This document shows positions 6,604-15,519 of a stretch of DNA of 28,329 nt, in pieces. This DNA comes from a virus (Duplodnaviria; Caudoviricetes): positions 1 to 28,329 of IMG/VR virus record IMGVR_UViG_3300032136_000018; one strand, given 5' to 3'. Position 1 is the stretch's first letter; every line of letters begins with the position of its first letter. The notes under the pieces were generated by a model. The model was not told the DNA's origin and ran no database searches. It saw nothing but the letters and a program-made list of their open reading frames with translations. A program made the position numbers and the translations under genes.

Positions 6604-9110
6604 TACGACTCCACCAACTGAACCAAGATATCGAAGTTGCGCTGCTTGCTCACGACTCCACCGTTGTACTCGATGACAAGCTCGGTCCCGGCCGGGAATG
6701 TTAGAGCACCTGGGCCGAACAACGTCTCGGTCTGTGCCGACGTGCTCTGGTCTTGGTGGTAGGCGAGCTGGATGAAGCCCATGAGCTTGATAGCGCCAGA
6801 TGACGACGTGGGACTCGTGCTCATGGCCTGCACCGACCTGACGCCGAGGTCCCCGGCCTGGAGCGTCAGCAGAACGCGCGTGCCCACGGCAGAGTTCTTG
6901 GTGAACGACATCGTGCCCGTGCGCCCACTCACGCCTAGTTCGTTGGTGTAGGTGACGGTGATATCGACATCGGACGCAGAACCGATCTGCTGTGTGACCT
7001 CGGCCGAGACGATGGTTGTGAACTGCGGTTCGAGGTACGAATCGCCGCCCGTGAAGACGTTGGTGATGATGTCGAGCGTGCCCAGCGTGATGACGGAGGC
7101 AAAACGAGATGTCGCCACCTCTGACTGGTAGCTGACGAACTTGAGGATGTAGCCATGATAGCCTGGCGGCACGGTGTACGACTGCACCCGTTTGTAGCTT
7201 CCGGCGACCGTGGCCCCGTCGCTCTTGCTGTAGTTGAGGTTGATGATCTTGGGCAGCGACAACTCACCATTGGGATTGCCGAACTGGATGGTGACGGGCA
7301 GACCGTCCTTGATGCCCTCGACAGCGAGACCGGAGCCGATGGATTCCGTGGCCACCTGGACTCTGTTGAAGTTGGCGAAGTAGATCGTGTCCACGGCCAG
7401 TGTCGTCGATGACGCCGGGATGCCGTCGTTCTGGATGTCTAGGTGCAGATCCATGTACGCATAGGGACCGGGGATGTGCAGAGTGTGCCGGGCCACGCGC
7501 ACGCTGTTGATGAACAGATGCACGGCACCCGCCAGCACCTCCAGACGATAGATGTTGTCTTCGTCCGTAGTCGCGCCAGCGGGCATCTTGACCTGCGTAT
7601 CCTCCACATCGTCGCCTGAGAACGATGTCCGCAGGGTGACCAACGAATCGTCGGTGCCGTCGAATATGATCAGGGCCTCGGAATCGGGGCTCGTTTCCGA
7701 ATCGCTGAAGCCGACGTGACCGATCTGGTTGGCTATGCGCTGACTGATACTGCCCTTGAACTCCAACACGAACGGCAGGTAGTCGCCAAGACGGCGCGCT
7801 CCGACCTCGGCATCCTCTGTCGTACCCGACGCCACCAGGATCTCGGAGCCCGTCTGCGTGATGGCGCAGCCCGTGTCAATCTGGTAGGCCCACAACGAGC
7901 GGTTGCCGTCGCCGTCGCCCGTCGTGCCCTCGTAGGGCTCATCGAGCAGCAGGTACTTGTCGCTGAGCACCTCGCCAATGAGCGCCCATGCCGTGTGCCC
8001 ATCGGCGTCGCGTTTGATGTAGTCGTCGGCACTCAGCTCCCCAAAGAAGGCAGTGCCGACGCCGGTTACCACGCGCGAGCCGTTGGTGAAGAAGACGCTG
8101 CCCGTCAGCGTCGAGTAGATCGCGCTGCCGGGAAAGTCGTCTCGGAAACTAGCCTCATCGGTGAGTACGTGCGAGCGCGTGCTGAGATTGCGCCCGGCGT
8201 CGAGCAGGAGAGCGCGGTCGGCCTCACGGTCTACGTGATTGTAGGGAGCCGGGGCATAGCCGTCCGTGGACGACGACAGTCGCAACTTGCCCTGGGGCGT
8301 CAAGGCTCGTGGCAGCGCCTCGGCAATAGGGCACAGACCCGTCTGCAACCGTAGGTAGGTCGTGGCCGCGCCGCCGATGTTCGTGACCACGACGCGGAAG
8401 TAGCTGGCAGTGGCCTGGAACGTGCGACTATCTCCCTCGGCGGTGAAAAAGTCCGCGCCATCGTGGATGTCCCAATTCACGCCGTCGGGAGACTGCTGCA
8501 CATCGACATGACACGGTTGGTCGGAAATGAAGCTGACCCTGATAGCAGAGATGCCCAGCGTCGGCTCGGCCTGACCCGTGAACGCGGCACCAGCCGCCAA
8601 GTTGTCTGTGCTGTTATTGTAGAACGACGGCTGCACGTCCTGGATGACAGCAGCGCGGGAGATCGACGAACCAGCAGAGCCACGAGCCACGACACTGGCT
8701 GTGCCACTGGTCCAGACCGAAGAGCGAGCACGACAGTATTTGAAGCCCACGCAAATGGTGCGGAAGATGCCGTTCTGCGTCGTCTGCGTGGCAACAGCCC
8801 TGTCTCCTGGCACCAGATAACCTGCGAGCGTGAACCAGTTGACGCCGTCGATGGACGCCTCACCGACTATCGTTCCCTCCCACGTCCCCGTGATCTGAAA
8901 CGAGGCGACACCGCAGCCCTCGCAATCCAGTGCCACGGTCTCGTTGAGGGCGGTGATATCACCGCTAACCACACGATCTTGAAGTTGGGCCGGTTGGATT
9001 GTGTCGCCCGTGGGATCGACGCGCCACGGCTTGTCAGACAGCCCCTTCTCTTCGTAGCCACCAACACCATCGCTACCGTAGATGACTCTGGCTTTGCTCT
9101 CGTCACTCAT
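6603..9110 (-). CDS. Large multidomain virion appendage protein (jelly-roll repeats, fibre-type beta-domain, ConA/LamG-like domain)
   Basis: 835 aa. Two S.DGVNW modules (EASIDGVNWF, QQSPDGVNWD), a TGSVFFTNGSRVVTGVGTAF fibre-type motif, and a lectin-like YRLEV...VHLFINSVRVARH segment. Confidence 0.6.
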   Translation of the reverse strand: MSDESKARVIYGSDGVGGYEEKGLSDKPWRVDPTGDTIQPAQLQDRVVSGDITALNETVALDCEGCGVASFQITGTWEGTIVGEASIDGVNWFTLAGYLVPGDRAVATQTTQNGIFRTICVGFKYCRARSSVWTSGTASVVARGSAGSSISRAAVIQDVQPSFYNNSTDNLAAGAAFTGQAEPTLGISAIRVSFISDQPCHVDVQQSPDGVNWDIHDGADFFTAEGDSRTFQATASYFRVVVTNIGGAATTYLRLQTGLCPIAEALPRALTPQGKLRLSSSTDGYAPAPYNHVDREADRALLLDAGRNLSTRSHVLTDEASFRDDFPGSAIYSTLTGSVFFTNGSRVVTGVGTAFFGELSADDYIKRDADGHTAWALIGEVLSDKYLLLDEPYEGTTGDGDGNRSLWAYQIDTGCAITQTGSEILVASGTTEDAEVGARRLGDYLPFVLEFKGSISQRIANQIGHVGFSDSETSPDSEALIIFDGTDDSLVTLRTSFSGDDVEDTQVKMPAGATTDEDNIYRLEVLAGAVHLFINSVRVARHTLHIPGPYAYMDLHLDIQNDGIPASSTTLAVDTIYFANFNRVQVATESIGSGLAVEGIKDGLPVTIQFGNPNGELSLPKIINLNYSKSDGATVAGSYKRVQSYTVPPGYHGYILKFVSYQSEVATSRFASVITLGTLDIITNVFTGGDSYLEPQFTTIVSAEVTQQIGSASDVDITVTYTNELGVSGRTGTMSFTKNSAVGTRVLLTLQAGDLGVRSVQAMSTSPTSSSGAIKLMGFIQLAYHQDQSTSAQTETLFGPGALTFPAGTELVIEYNGGVVSKQRNFDILVQLVES

Positions 9111-9700
9111 GAGAACACTCGAACTCTACCAGTCTCAAAGACTCCAGAGTAAGAGATTGTATCAGTCATAGTTTCAAGCACCGTTGTTCCATCAGTATCA
9201 TACAGATTCCACTCGATAGACGTTGCGTTAATACCTGTATAGGTAATAAGTTTTTCTAAAAATAACGTATCATCTTCTCTAAACCACTCAACCTTACTAG
9301 GAAATATTGGATTTGATGCTGTTATTGTTTTATAAGTTCCATTAACAAATCCTGGGCCTGGTCCCTCATCTATATAATGTATTAATTGTGGAATTGTTCT
9401 ATGTGAAGATACTGTTACTCCACCTGTACCAGCAAGTAATTCAGTTAACGTATATCCTTTATCATCAGTACCAGGATTTGTTACATCTCTAAAACGCATA
9501 TCTCCATTATCTGACCAAATTGCTAACGCCTTATTTCTTCTTCCAACCTCAACTACAAACAATGCTCCTGCTTCAATTCCATCTTCTAATGGTTCGATGG
9601 GCAGAGGAAAAGGAATAAGTGGACCGGGTTTCCCGCCTAAATTTGGCCATTCTTGTTTGATGACCTGGACTACTTCGTAGTTATCGGGAGTTTCCGGCAC
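9107..9700 (-). CDS. Hypothetical protein (fibre cluster)
   Basis: GTG start with AGGAG SD; ATGA overlap with the next gene; beta-rich C-terminus. Confidence 0.55.
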   Translation of the reverse strand: MPETPDNYEVVQVIKQEWPNLGGKPGPLIPFPLPIEPLEDGIEAGALFVVEVGRRNKALAIWSDNGDMRFRDVTNPGTDDKGYTLTELLAGTGGVTVSSHRTIPQLIHYIDEGPGPGFVNGTYKTITASNPIFPSKVEWFREDDTLFLEKLITYTGINATSIEWNLYDTDGTTVLETMTDTISYSGVFETGRVRVFS

Positions 9701-9729
9701 TCACCTACTCCTTTTCCCCTGCCAAAACC

Positions 9730-11310
9730 TTAGTATCCGCGACGACCGTAGTCAGCTATGGACACGAAAAGATCATCTGCGTTCTTTGCCCATCCTGCAC
9801 GGATAAGAGCATTGTTTGTTGATGGTATGGTAGCTGTAACTCCACCACCAACTGCCAACCAATAAATATCACCAGGAGTAGCCGAAGTAAGAATACTAAG
9901 GCATGGTCCTCTACTGACGATTGTTGCTGGATTGCCGGTTGTAGCTGTATCTTCAGAGACGCCGAAGATCTGAGCCTTTGTTGGCCACTGAGCTTGTGCT
10001 GCGTCTCCCTTGGCAACCTGATTCGCTGTTGTGCTCCAGTAGACTGGATCACCAGCAGAGATGTTCTCACTCACAACATAGTCATCGGCAATGCGATCAC
10101 CATCTGCCGACGCACCAACCAATTGACCAGAGCCATTGATTGTGATGGTCACGCCATCAACATTGACTTTCAAACCATTCGCATCTGCTGTGAGACCACT
10201 TGTTGTAGCCCCATATTTTACACCAAGCTCATTGGTGACGATTGCCAGTGTCGGATTGGATGCTTGGAGGTTGACTTCCAAGCCACCGTTGGAACCATCG
10301 AATACGATAGCCCCATCAGTCTCGAGCTTAACGGCAACACCGCTCGCGCCAACTTCAACACCAGCAGAACCATTCGGCAGCACCGAAAGAACTTTCGCTG
10401 GTGATGTTCCCGTCAGTTGGAGACCAGGAGTTGTGGCGAGAAGAAGTGTGATGGCATCTGCATCGATCTGAATACCATCTTTGACATTGGCATCGAGTTG
10501 GTTGAAAGTTTTTGTGAGACCTGCGCCAGCAACGATCTGCCCAGGACCGTTGAACATGACCCACTCACCTGGAGTGGCATCCCAAACGTATCCAAGGTTT
10601 TCGTAGACGCTGTTTTCACCAGCAACGGTGCGCCCCTCACCATCTGACGGTGGAGTAAACGCCCATGTGTTAGTGGTAGCGTTGTAGACCGCAACTTCGT
10701 TCTCTTGACCAGCAAAAGAACCAGCTGCGCTAGCTTCAACGATAATGACGTAGGTGCCATCCGGTGGCTCACCACCAGAATTCGCAAGAATGAGATTCCA
10801 CGAAGAACCATCCCATTCAACGATGTCACCGATGGCGAATGTTGACCAGTCACCACCTGTACCAGCGACGACGTAGGCTTTACCTTTGTCGTTTCCAGTG
10901 AGTGTCGGCGCAGTAGCCAACGCATCGTTGACCATGCGAAGGACTTGAACTTGATGTTTCCAGGCAACACCAGCTGCTACACTATCAAGCTGGTTCTTGT
11001 TGACTGCATCTGTACCAGCAGAACCGGGTGCCAAACCTGTGATAGAATTGGCATTCATAGTCAAATTACTGGTCAGATTCAAACCATCAAGGTCTGCGCC
11101 TGACTGACCGTATGCCAACGCATCTTCATCTGCTGTAGCAGAAGCCAAACCAGTGATCTTGTTTGGTGTACCACCACCAGTGCTGTCCATGGCGACAGCA
11201 CCGTTCATGGTGAGACCCTTGAGCGTGATGCTGTCTGCGGTTGGATCTACGCCTTGAAGGGTGGCGTAGTTACCGCTGAGAAGATGATAAACTGGAACGA
11301 CTTCTGCCAT
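9730..11310 (-). CDS. Fibre protein (YadA-stalk-like motifs, DUF2793-like region, beta-spiral repeats, C-terminal capsid-cement-like domain)
   Basis: ITGLAPGSAGTDAVNKNQL; YVVAG...W...DIVEWDG..W and FAGQENEVAVY....WAF.PP.DG; a series of ~17-aa G-L-x-x...L-x-V repeats; ISAGDPVY...IFGV...TPGDIYWL. Confidence 0.65.
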   Translation of the reverse strand: MAEVVPVYHLLSGNYATLQGVDPTADSITLKGLTMNGAVAMDSTGGGTPNKITGLASATADEDALAYGQSGADLDGLNLTSNLTMNANSITGLAPGSAGTDAVNKNQLDSVAAGVAWKHQVQVLRMVNDALATAPTLTGNDKGKAYVVAGTGGDWSTFAIGDIVEWDGSSWNLILANSGGEPPDGTYVIIVEASAAGSFAGQENEVAVYNATTNTWAFTPPSDGEGRTVAGENSVYENLGYVWDATPGEWVMFNGPGQIVAGAGLTKTFNQLDANVKDGIQIDADAITLLLATTPGLQLTGTSPAKVLSVLPNGSAGVEVGASGVAVKLETDGAIVFDGSNGGLEVNLQASNPTLAIVTNELGVKYGATTSGLTADANGLKVNVDGVTITINGSGQLVGASADGDRIADDYVVSENISAGDPVYWSTTANQVAKGDAAQAQWPTKAQIFGVSEDTATTGNPATIVSRGPCLSILTSATPGDIYWLAVGGGVTATIPSTNNALIRAGWAKNADDLFVSIADYGRRGY

Positions 11311-11328
11311 TTTCTATCTCCTTGGAGT

Positions 11329-11724
11329 CTACGGAACTTCCCGTATCACTCCCGTTTCTGTATCAATGCTGATCTTCACGTCTGGTCTCAAGCGGTATTT
11401 TTCTGTCAAACCTTTGTTGAATGCTTCATATTCTTTCTGATATTTATCCGCATCTTCTTGTTGTTGATTTCTAATACTCATCAATTGGTTCACTTTGTTT
11501 TGATGTTGTGCATCTTCAAGTTTCATAGCCATAGTAGTATTGCTCACGAGCAGCATTCTCTTTGTCATCTCAGCATCAAAGAGCTTAAACTGTTGAAGCT
11601 CTTCTTCAGTGAGATGCGGAAGATTCACCGCTTCATTCTTCTTATCTTCTTTTTTATCTGTCTCTCCATTATCCTTCATTTTGGTCACGTTGTCAGGTTG
11701 CTTCATTGCGTCTTCCTTGTTCAT
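11329..11724 (-). CDS. Coiled-coil hypothetical protein (possible fibre chaperone)
   Basis: 131 aa charged helical protein with AGGAG SD; ends ISIDTETGVI; directly upstream of the fibre gene. Confidence 0.5.
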   Translation of the reverse strand: MNKEDAMKQPDNVTKMKDNGETDKKEDKKNEAVNLPHLTEEELQQFKLFDAEMTKRMLLVSNTTMAMKLEDAQHQNKVNQLMSIRNQQQEDADKYQKEYEAFNKGLTEKYRLRPDVKISIDTETGVIREVP

Positions 11725-11736
11725 CTTTTTCTCCTG

Positions 11737-12480
11737 TTATCTTATACGTTGGCACATAGTCATATCTATGTGCAGTAAAAGCGTGTCAGGATTAGATGCA
11801 ACACCTAATACCTGCACGTAGTAAGGCGCAATCAACGGATCAGGCAATGCTGGTGGATGCACAGGCTGTCCACTCGAGCCCACAACCACCATTCCTCCTG
11901 ATGTGAAACCACTGAAGCCACTCACCTCTCCAATCTTTTTTATCTTACATTCAGTTGTTGTTATCTTCTCAGTTATGATTGCAATCGCAGGCATCTTTGT
12001 AAGATCAAAAATGTCACACTTTCGAACAACTGGTTTTTCTGTAACCTTGTCATCATATATATAAACACAATCACCAACCACTTCTAACGCAGAACAAAAT
12101 GCATCTTCTGGAAGTGCTTCTGGGTTAACATGAATTACCGATGCTTGAGCTACAATTTCTAAATCAACATCACCTTGAAGAACTTCAACAAGTTGTTCTG
12201 AAGTTGCTATCTCAACTTCAACTCCATCTCGAACAATATCTAAATCTACTTCTGTTTGTTCAATATCAACCTGTGGAGTAACTTGCTCAATATCTAAGTC
12301 TAATTGTTCAGAACCAATCTCTGGTTCCACAAGAACAACTTCGTGTTCGCCCTTCGTGATTTCAACTCTAACGACAGATCTATCAATGTTGATTTGATTG
12401 TCACCAGCAACGAGTTCAGAAGTTGAACTCCCTCTGACAACCTCAACTTGATTGCCGCCTTTGACGACCTCAACTGTCAT
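11737..12480 (-). CDS. Fibre-like protein: 9-aa acidic beta repeats plus cement-like C-terminal domain
   Basis: Repeats VDIEQTEVD/LDIVRDGVE/VEIATSEQL/VEVLQGDVD/LEIVAQASV. The C-terminal VGDCVYI...PAIAII...G.V.G...G..V.V...G...QVLGVA resembles the end of 9730-11310. Confidence 0.55.
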   Translation of the reverse strand: MTVEVVKGGNQVEVVRGSSTSELVAGDNQINIDRSVVRVEITKGEHEVVLVEPEIGSEQLDLDIEQVTPQVDIEQTEVDLDIVRDGVEVEIATSEQLVEVLQGDVDLEIVAQASVIHVNPEALPEDAFCSALEVVGDCVYIYDDKVTEKPVVRKCDIFDLTKMPAIAIITEKITTTECKIKKIGEVSGFSGFTSGGMVVVGSSGQPVHPPALPDPLIAPYYVQVLGVASNPDTLLLHIDMTMCQRIR

Positions 12481-12821
12481 GGAACAATCCTTGACTTCAC
12501 GTTGAATTTCACAAAGTCATAAGTAATCTGATTACCAGAAGCATCCCAGATAACAATTTCAGTGAGTGGCTTTCCAACTTCATTGAGTTCGCTAGCTCCA
12601 ATCGTAAATTCAAAAATGAATTCTCCTTCGGCAGCATCAACAATGGTGCCTGTTACGCTTTGTGGAGTTGAATATCCAATGTCCAATCTAAAACTGTATC
12701 CAGCAATATTGATAGGTGTTCTTTCACCTGTGTCTGGATCTACCTCTTTGTATGTGCAGGCAATGGCAGGCTGTGTGTCATTAACCTTGTACTCGAGTTC
12801 TGTTTGTGAACTACATGTCAT
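12477..12821 (-). CDS. BppU N-terminal-like Ig-fold protein
   Basis: NDTQP....TY....PINIAGY.......IVDA.EG...F.FT...L...G....EI.I....G...T pattern; GGAGG SD favours the ATG at 12821. Confidence 0.55.
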   Translation of the reverse strand: MTCSSQTELEYKVNDTQPAIACTYKEVDPDTGERTPINIAGYSFRLDIGYSTPQSVTGTIVDAAEGEFIFEFTIGASELNEVGKPLTEIVIWDASGNQITYDFVKFNVKSRIVP

Positions 12822-12848
12822 CACAGCCTCCGATTTTCACACCAGATA

Positions 12849-13511
12849 TTACCGAAGTGAAATATCCACTGTGATGAGATCACCAGCGGCACCGTAGCCA
12901 GCCCTGATGGTCCACTGATCACCAGATGTGTGTCCGGTGGTTGCAGTAAACGTGATGCTCACACCATCATCGAGCAGTTGCGCTGCACCTGTGATAGCAA
13001 CTGTGCTTGCCACCCAAGTAGAACCACCATCTTTTGACCAACGGAAGGTATCTGGACTTGTGCCGTCGATCTCCACGAGGTATTCCACTGCTTCAGAGCC
13101 AGTGAATGTTCCACTTGATGTTGCATCGTCAACACCAACACCACTGAATACAGCACTCTCAACAGCTGCACTCAGCGCACTGAAGATGAGTTCTGTGTAC
13201 TCAGCATTCAAGTCGATTGCGAACTTGAATTTTTTGTCAGCTGTAACAGCTTTTTCATAGATGAGATCTTCCAGCGCAAAAACTGGAAGAGCAGACTCAT
13301 CTTTTACTTGCTCGATGAAATCACTCGATTCATGACGAACAGTGATTTTGTCAACAACACTTCTTGTGAAATCAACAAAAACATCTGCGCGTCGGAATCC
13401 AGCTGTTCTGATGTTTCCAGAGCTTCTATCTTCTGTAAGCGCAAGCCCATCGATCTGTGCATCGTAGATTTGCGCTCTATCTTTGAGTTCTCCGAGATCT
13501 CTCTGTGCCAT
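12849..13511 (-). CDS. Virion beta-sandwich protein carrying a domain shared with the tail tube
   Basis: 220 aa; residues ~117-203 align with tail tube residues ~278-362 (SGTFTG.EA, WS.D.G.TW, TGAAQLL..GVS..F.A.TG.T..D.W.I). Confidence 0.6.
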   Translation of the reverse strand: MAQRDLGELKDRAQIYDAQIDGLALTEDRSSGNIRTAGFRRADVFVDFTRSVVDKITVRHESSDFIEQVKDESALPVFALEDLIYEKAVTADKKFKFAIDLNAEYTELIFSALSAAVESAVFSGVGVDDATSSGTFTGSEAVEYLVEIDGTSPDTFRWSKDGGSTWVASTVAITGAAQLLDDGVSITFTATTGHTSGDQWTIRAGYGAAGDLITVDISLR

Positions 13512-13522
13512 TTTCTTTCCCC

Positions 13523-13945
13523 TTAGTTGATAGTGTTAGACACCAGCAACGAAGACGTGTACATAATTCCACCACCAACTAACGTACCCAATAAAAAGAT
13601 TCCTACATCAACATACGCTTCAACACGTTCATCATCATTCATTGCTGCCATTTGTATGGATAGATTTTCAAAGTTATCCTTCCATTTCTTTGTGATATCT
13701 TCTTGTACTTTAAATTTCTCGTCTTTGATTTTCAGAAGTTCTTCTTGTGCATCTATCTTCGATTGTTGTTTAGCAATTGTTCTTTTCAATGAAGGAACTT
13801 CAACATCAATAATTTTCAACATCTCACGAGCCTTTTCAGGCTCAAAACAATACATCTCTCTGCCATCGGCAGCCTTACACTTCTCAGCTGCAATAGCACC
13901 AGTGCTAAAAGCCAAGCTCATTAAAACGAGCAAGAATCTCATCAT
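13523..13945 (-). CDS. Secreted coiled-coil protein with C-terminal TM (spanin-like, putative)
   Basis: Signal peptide MRFLLVLMSLAFSTGAIA, coiled coil, C-terminal hydrophobic VGIFLLGTLVGGGIMY; overlaps the upstream gene by 41 nt. Confidence 0.5.
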   Translation of the reverse strand: MMRFLLVLMSLAFSTGAIAAEKCKAADGREMYCFEPEKAREMLKIIDVEVPSLKRTIAKQQSKIDAQEELLKIKDEKFKVQEDITKKWKDNFENLSIQMAAMNDDERVEAYVDVGIFLLGTLVGGGIMYTSSLLVSNTIN

Positions 13946-14261
13946 CTGTCATCCCTTCGATCTTCATCTTCCCTGCTTCAATTTTCTTCTTCTCTTCAAC
14001 AATTTCTTTTTCAATCTCTCTGATATCTTTTATCTTAATTGTTTCTTTAGTTTCCAACACTGCCTTCTTCGTTTGCAGGTGGCTTACCTCATTTTTGGCA
14101 TTGGCCACCTGCAAACGAAGAAGCAAATCGGTTATCTTGAACCCGCGCATCTTAAACCAGAACGCGAGTGCTGTTATAACAAGCACAAGAAAGAGCAGTA
14201 ATAGAAGTAGTATCTTTACTGCGTTGGTCTTGAACCAACTCTTGATCAATTTCCAACTCAT
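13905..14261 (-). CDS. Inner-membrane spanin-like protein (N-terminal TM + coiled coil)
   Basis: Long hydrophobic ILLLLLLFLVLVITALAFWF followed by a charged coiled coil; ATGA overlap with the holin. Confidence 0.5.
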   Translation of the reverse strand: MSWKLIKSWFKTNAVKILLLLLLFLVLVITALAFWFKMRGFKITDLLLRLQVANAKNEVSHLQTKKAVLETKETIKIKDIREIEKEIVEEKKKIEAGKMKIEGMTDDEILARFNELGF

Positions 14262-14602
14262 TTGCTAATTCCATTCTCCCCAAGCTTTCCCTTGAGGAGA
14301 TCGCCGCTGTTCTTCCAAACAGCTTTCCACACCTGACCACTGATACCACCAATAGCAAGGCCGAAAACAATTTTCGTACCTAAGTTGGCAGCATCAATGA
14401 CACCAGGAATGAAAGCAGCTCCCATACCCAAAAGCATAGGAGCATAAGGAAGAAGAATCTCAACTGGAAGCTTCTTCAAAAGCTTCAGTTTTTGAAGAGT
14501 GGCTTTGACTGCACCAAGCAGAACTTGGATTGCAATCACCAACACCAAGTTATTCAGTGTCATCAAATCATCAAGCGAAACGAGTTTTGCTGCTTCTTCC
14601 AT
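14258..14602 (-). CDS. Holin (putative, ~3 TM)
   Basis: 114 aa with three hydrophobic segments (LPYAPMLLG, GLAIGGISG motifs) and a charged C-terminus; AGGAGG SD. Confidence 0.65.
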   Translation of the reverse strand: MEEAAKLVSLDDLMTLNNLVLVIAIQVLLGAVKATLQKLKLLKKLPVEILLPYAPMLLGMGAAFIPGVIDAANLGTKIVFGLAIGGISGQVWKAVWKNSGDLLKGKLGENGISK

Positions 14603-14616
14603 CACTTCCTCCTTCT

Positions 14617-14973
14617 CTAGAAATTCACGATCATCGAAGTGATGTCCTGTTGTGCGTCCAGAATGCTTTTAGCATTCACGTTGAACGACTCAGGATTGTT
14701 GTCATTGTAAAATTCCAATCGCGCTCTAGCCACTGCATTGTCAAAGCAGAATGTAAGAATCTTCTTGCTCTGATTCCCAGCGACACGAATAGAGCGTCGC
14801 TCGAGACCACGAACCGGATAGCCCCTGGCCTTGAGGAAGATTGCAATCTTCTTCTCTTGAGTTCGAAAAAGAAACTCAGGATCGTTCTTTGCCTTCTCAT
14901 GTAGATCGGGCTCGATCCCATCAAGCCAGTATTCGGCTTTCGTCACTTCTTCATCTTTTATACTTCTACTCAT
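14617..14973 (-). CDS. DUF5659-like protein
   Basis: IAIFLKARGY.......TFCF........EFY......VNAK.......I..MI pattern recalled from this phage family. Confidence 0.5.
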   Translation of the reverse strand: MSRSIKDEEVTKAEYWLDGIEPDLHEKAKNDPEFLFRTQEKKIAIFLKARGYPVRGLERRSIRVAGNQSKKILTFCFDNAVARARLEFYNDNNPESFNVNAKSILDAQQDITSMIVNF

Positions 14974-15008
14974 CTCATGCCCCTATCCGGTTCGAAGGTG
15001 ATCATCTT

Positions 15009-15407
15009 CTACTGCGGTGGGCGTGGTGTTCGCTTCGGCTCTTTCTTCTTCTCTTCGGGCTCGGGCTCGGGATCAGGAGTGGGCTCAGGTCTGACGACCT
15101 CTGCATCTGCGCCCTTCCGAAGCTCCTTCTGACGACTCTCAAACGCTTCGCGCAGATCTTCCACGCTGCCACCTTTGTTGAGAGTCAGAGTCTCGAAGCG
15201 TTTGCCAGTAGCTTTGTCTCTGAAAGTGTCCACTGGTGGCTCGAGAGCTTGGACCATGCGCTCCAGAATTTCATCGCCACTGAACTTCTGTGCCTTACGA
15301 CAGATCTTGACGTTGCCGCCAACCATCTTGGTCGTTTTTGTTCTTGTTTTGCAGTGCCATCCATCGAGATGACACTCGATTTCGAAACTGCTAAGCTTTT
15401 TTGCCAT
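15009..15407 (-). CDS. Hypothetical protein with Pro/Glu-rich tail
   Basis: AGGAG SD; first gene after the capsid terminator; PEPTPDPEPEPEE tail. Confidence 0.55.
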   Translation of the reverse strand: MAKKLSSFEIECHLDGWHCKTRTKTTKMVGGNVKICRKAQKFSGDEILERMVQALEPPVDTFRDKATGKRFETLTLNKGGSVEDLREAFESRQKELRKGADAEVVRPEPTPDPEPEPEEKKKEPKRTPRPPQ

Positions 15408-15445
15408 CACTTTTCTCCTGCTGTTTCCGTTGTTTTTTATCTTAT

Positions 15446-15497
15446 GAAAAATCTCAAAAGGTGGGGCACAGTTTCCCGTGCCCCTACCTTATGAGAT
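15446..15497 (-). terminator. Rho-independent terminator/attenuator after the major capsid gene
   Basis: Minus strand reads AAGGTAGGGGCAC-GGGAAACT-GTGCCCCACCTT then TTGAGATTTTT; the stem can be extended by ATCTCA/TGAGAT; ~25 nt after the capsid stop. Confidence 0.7.
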
Positions 15498-15519
15498 CTT
15501 CCTCACGCTATCCGCCTAC

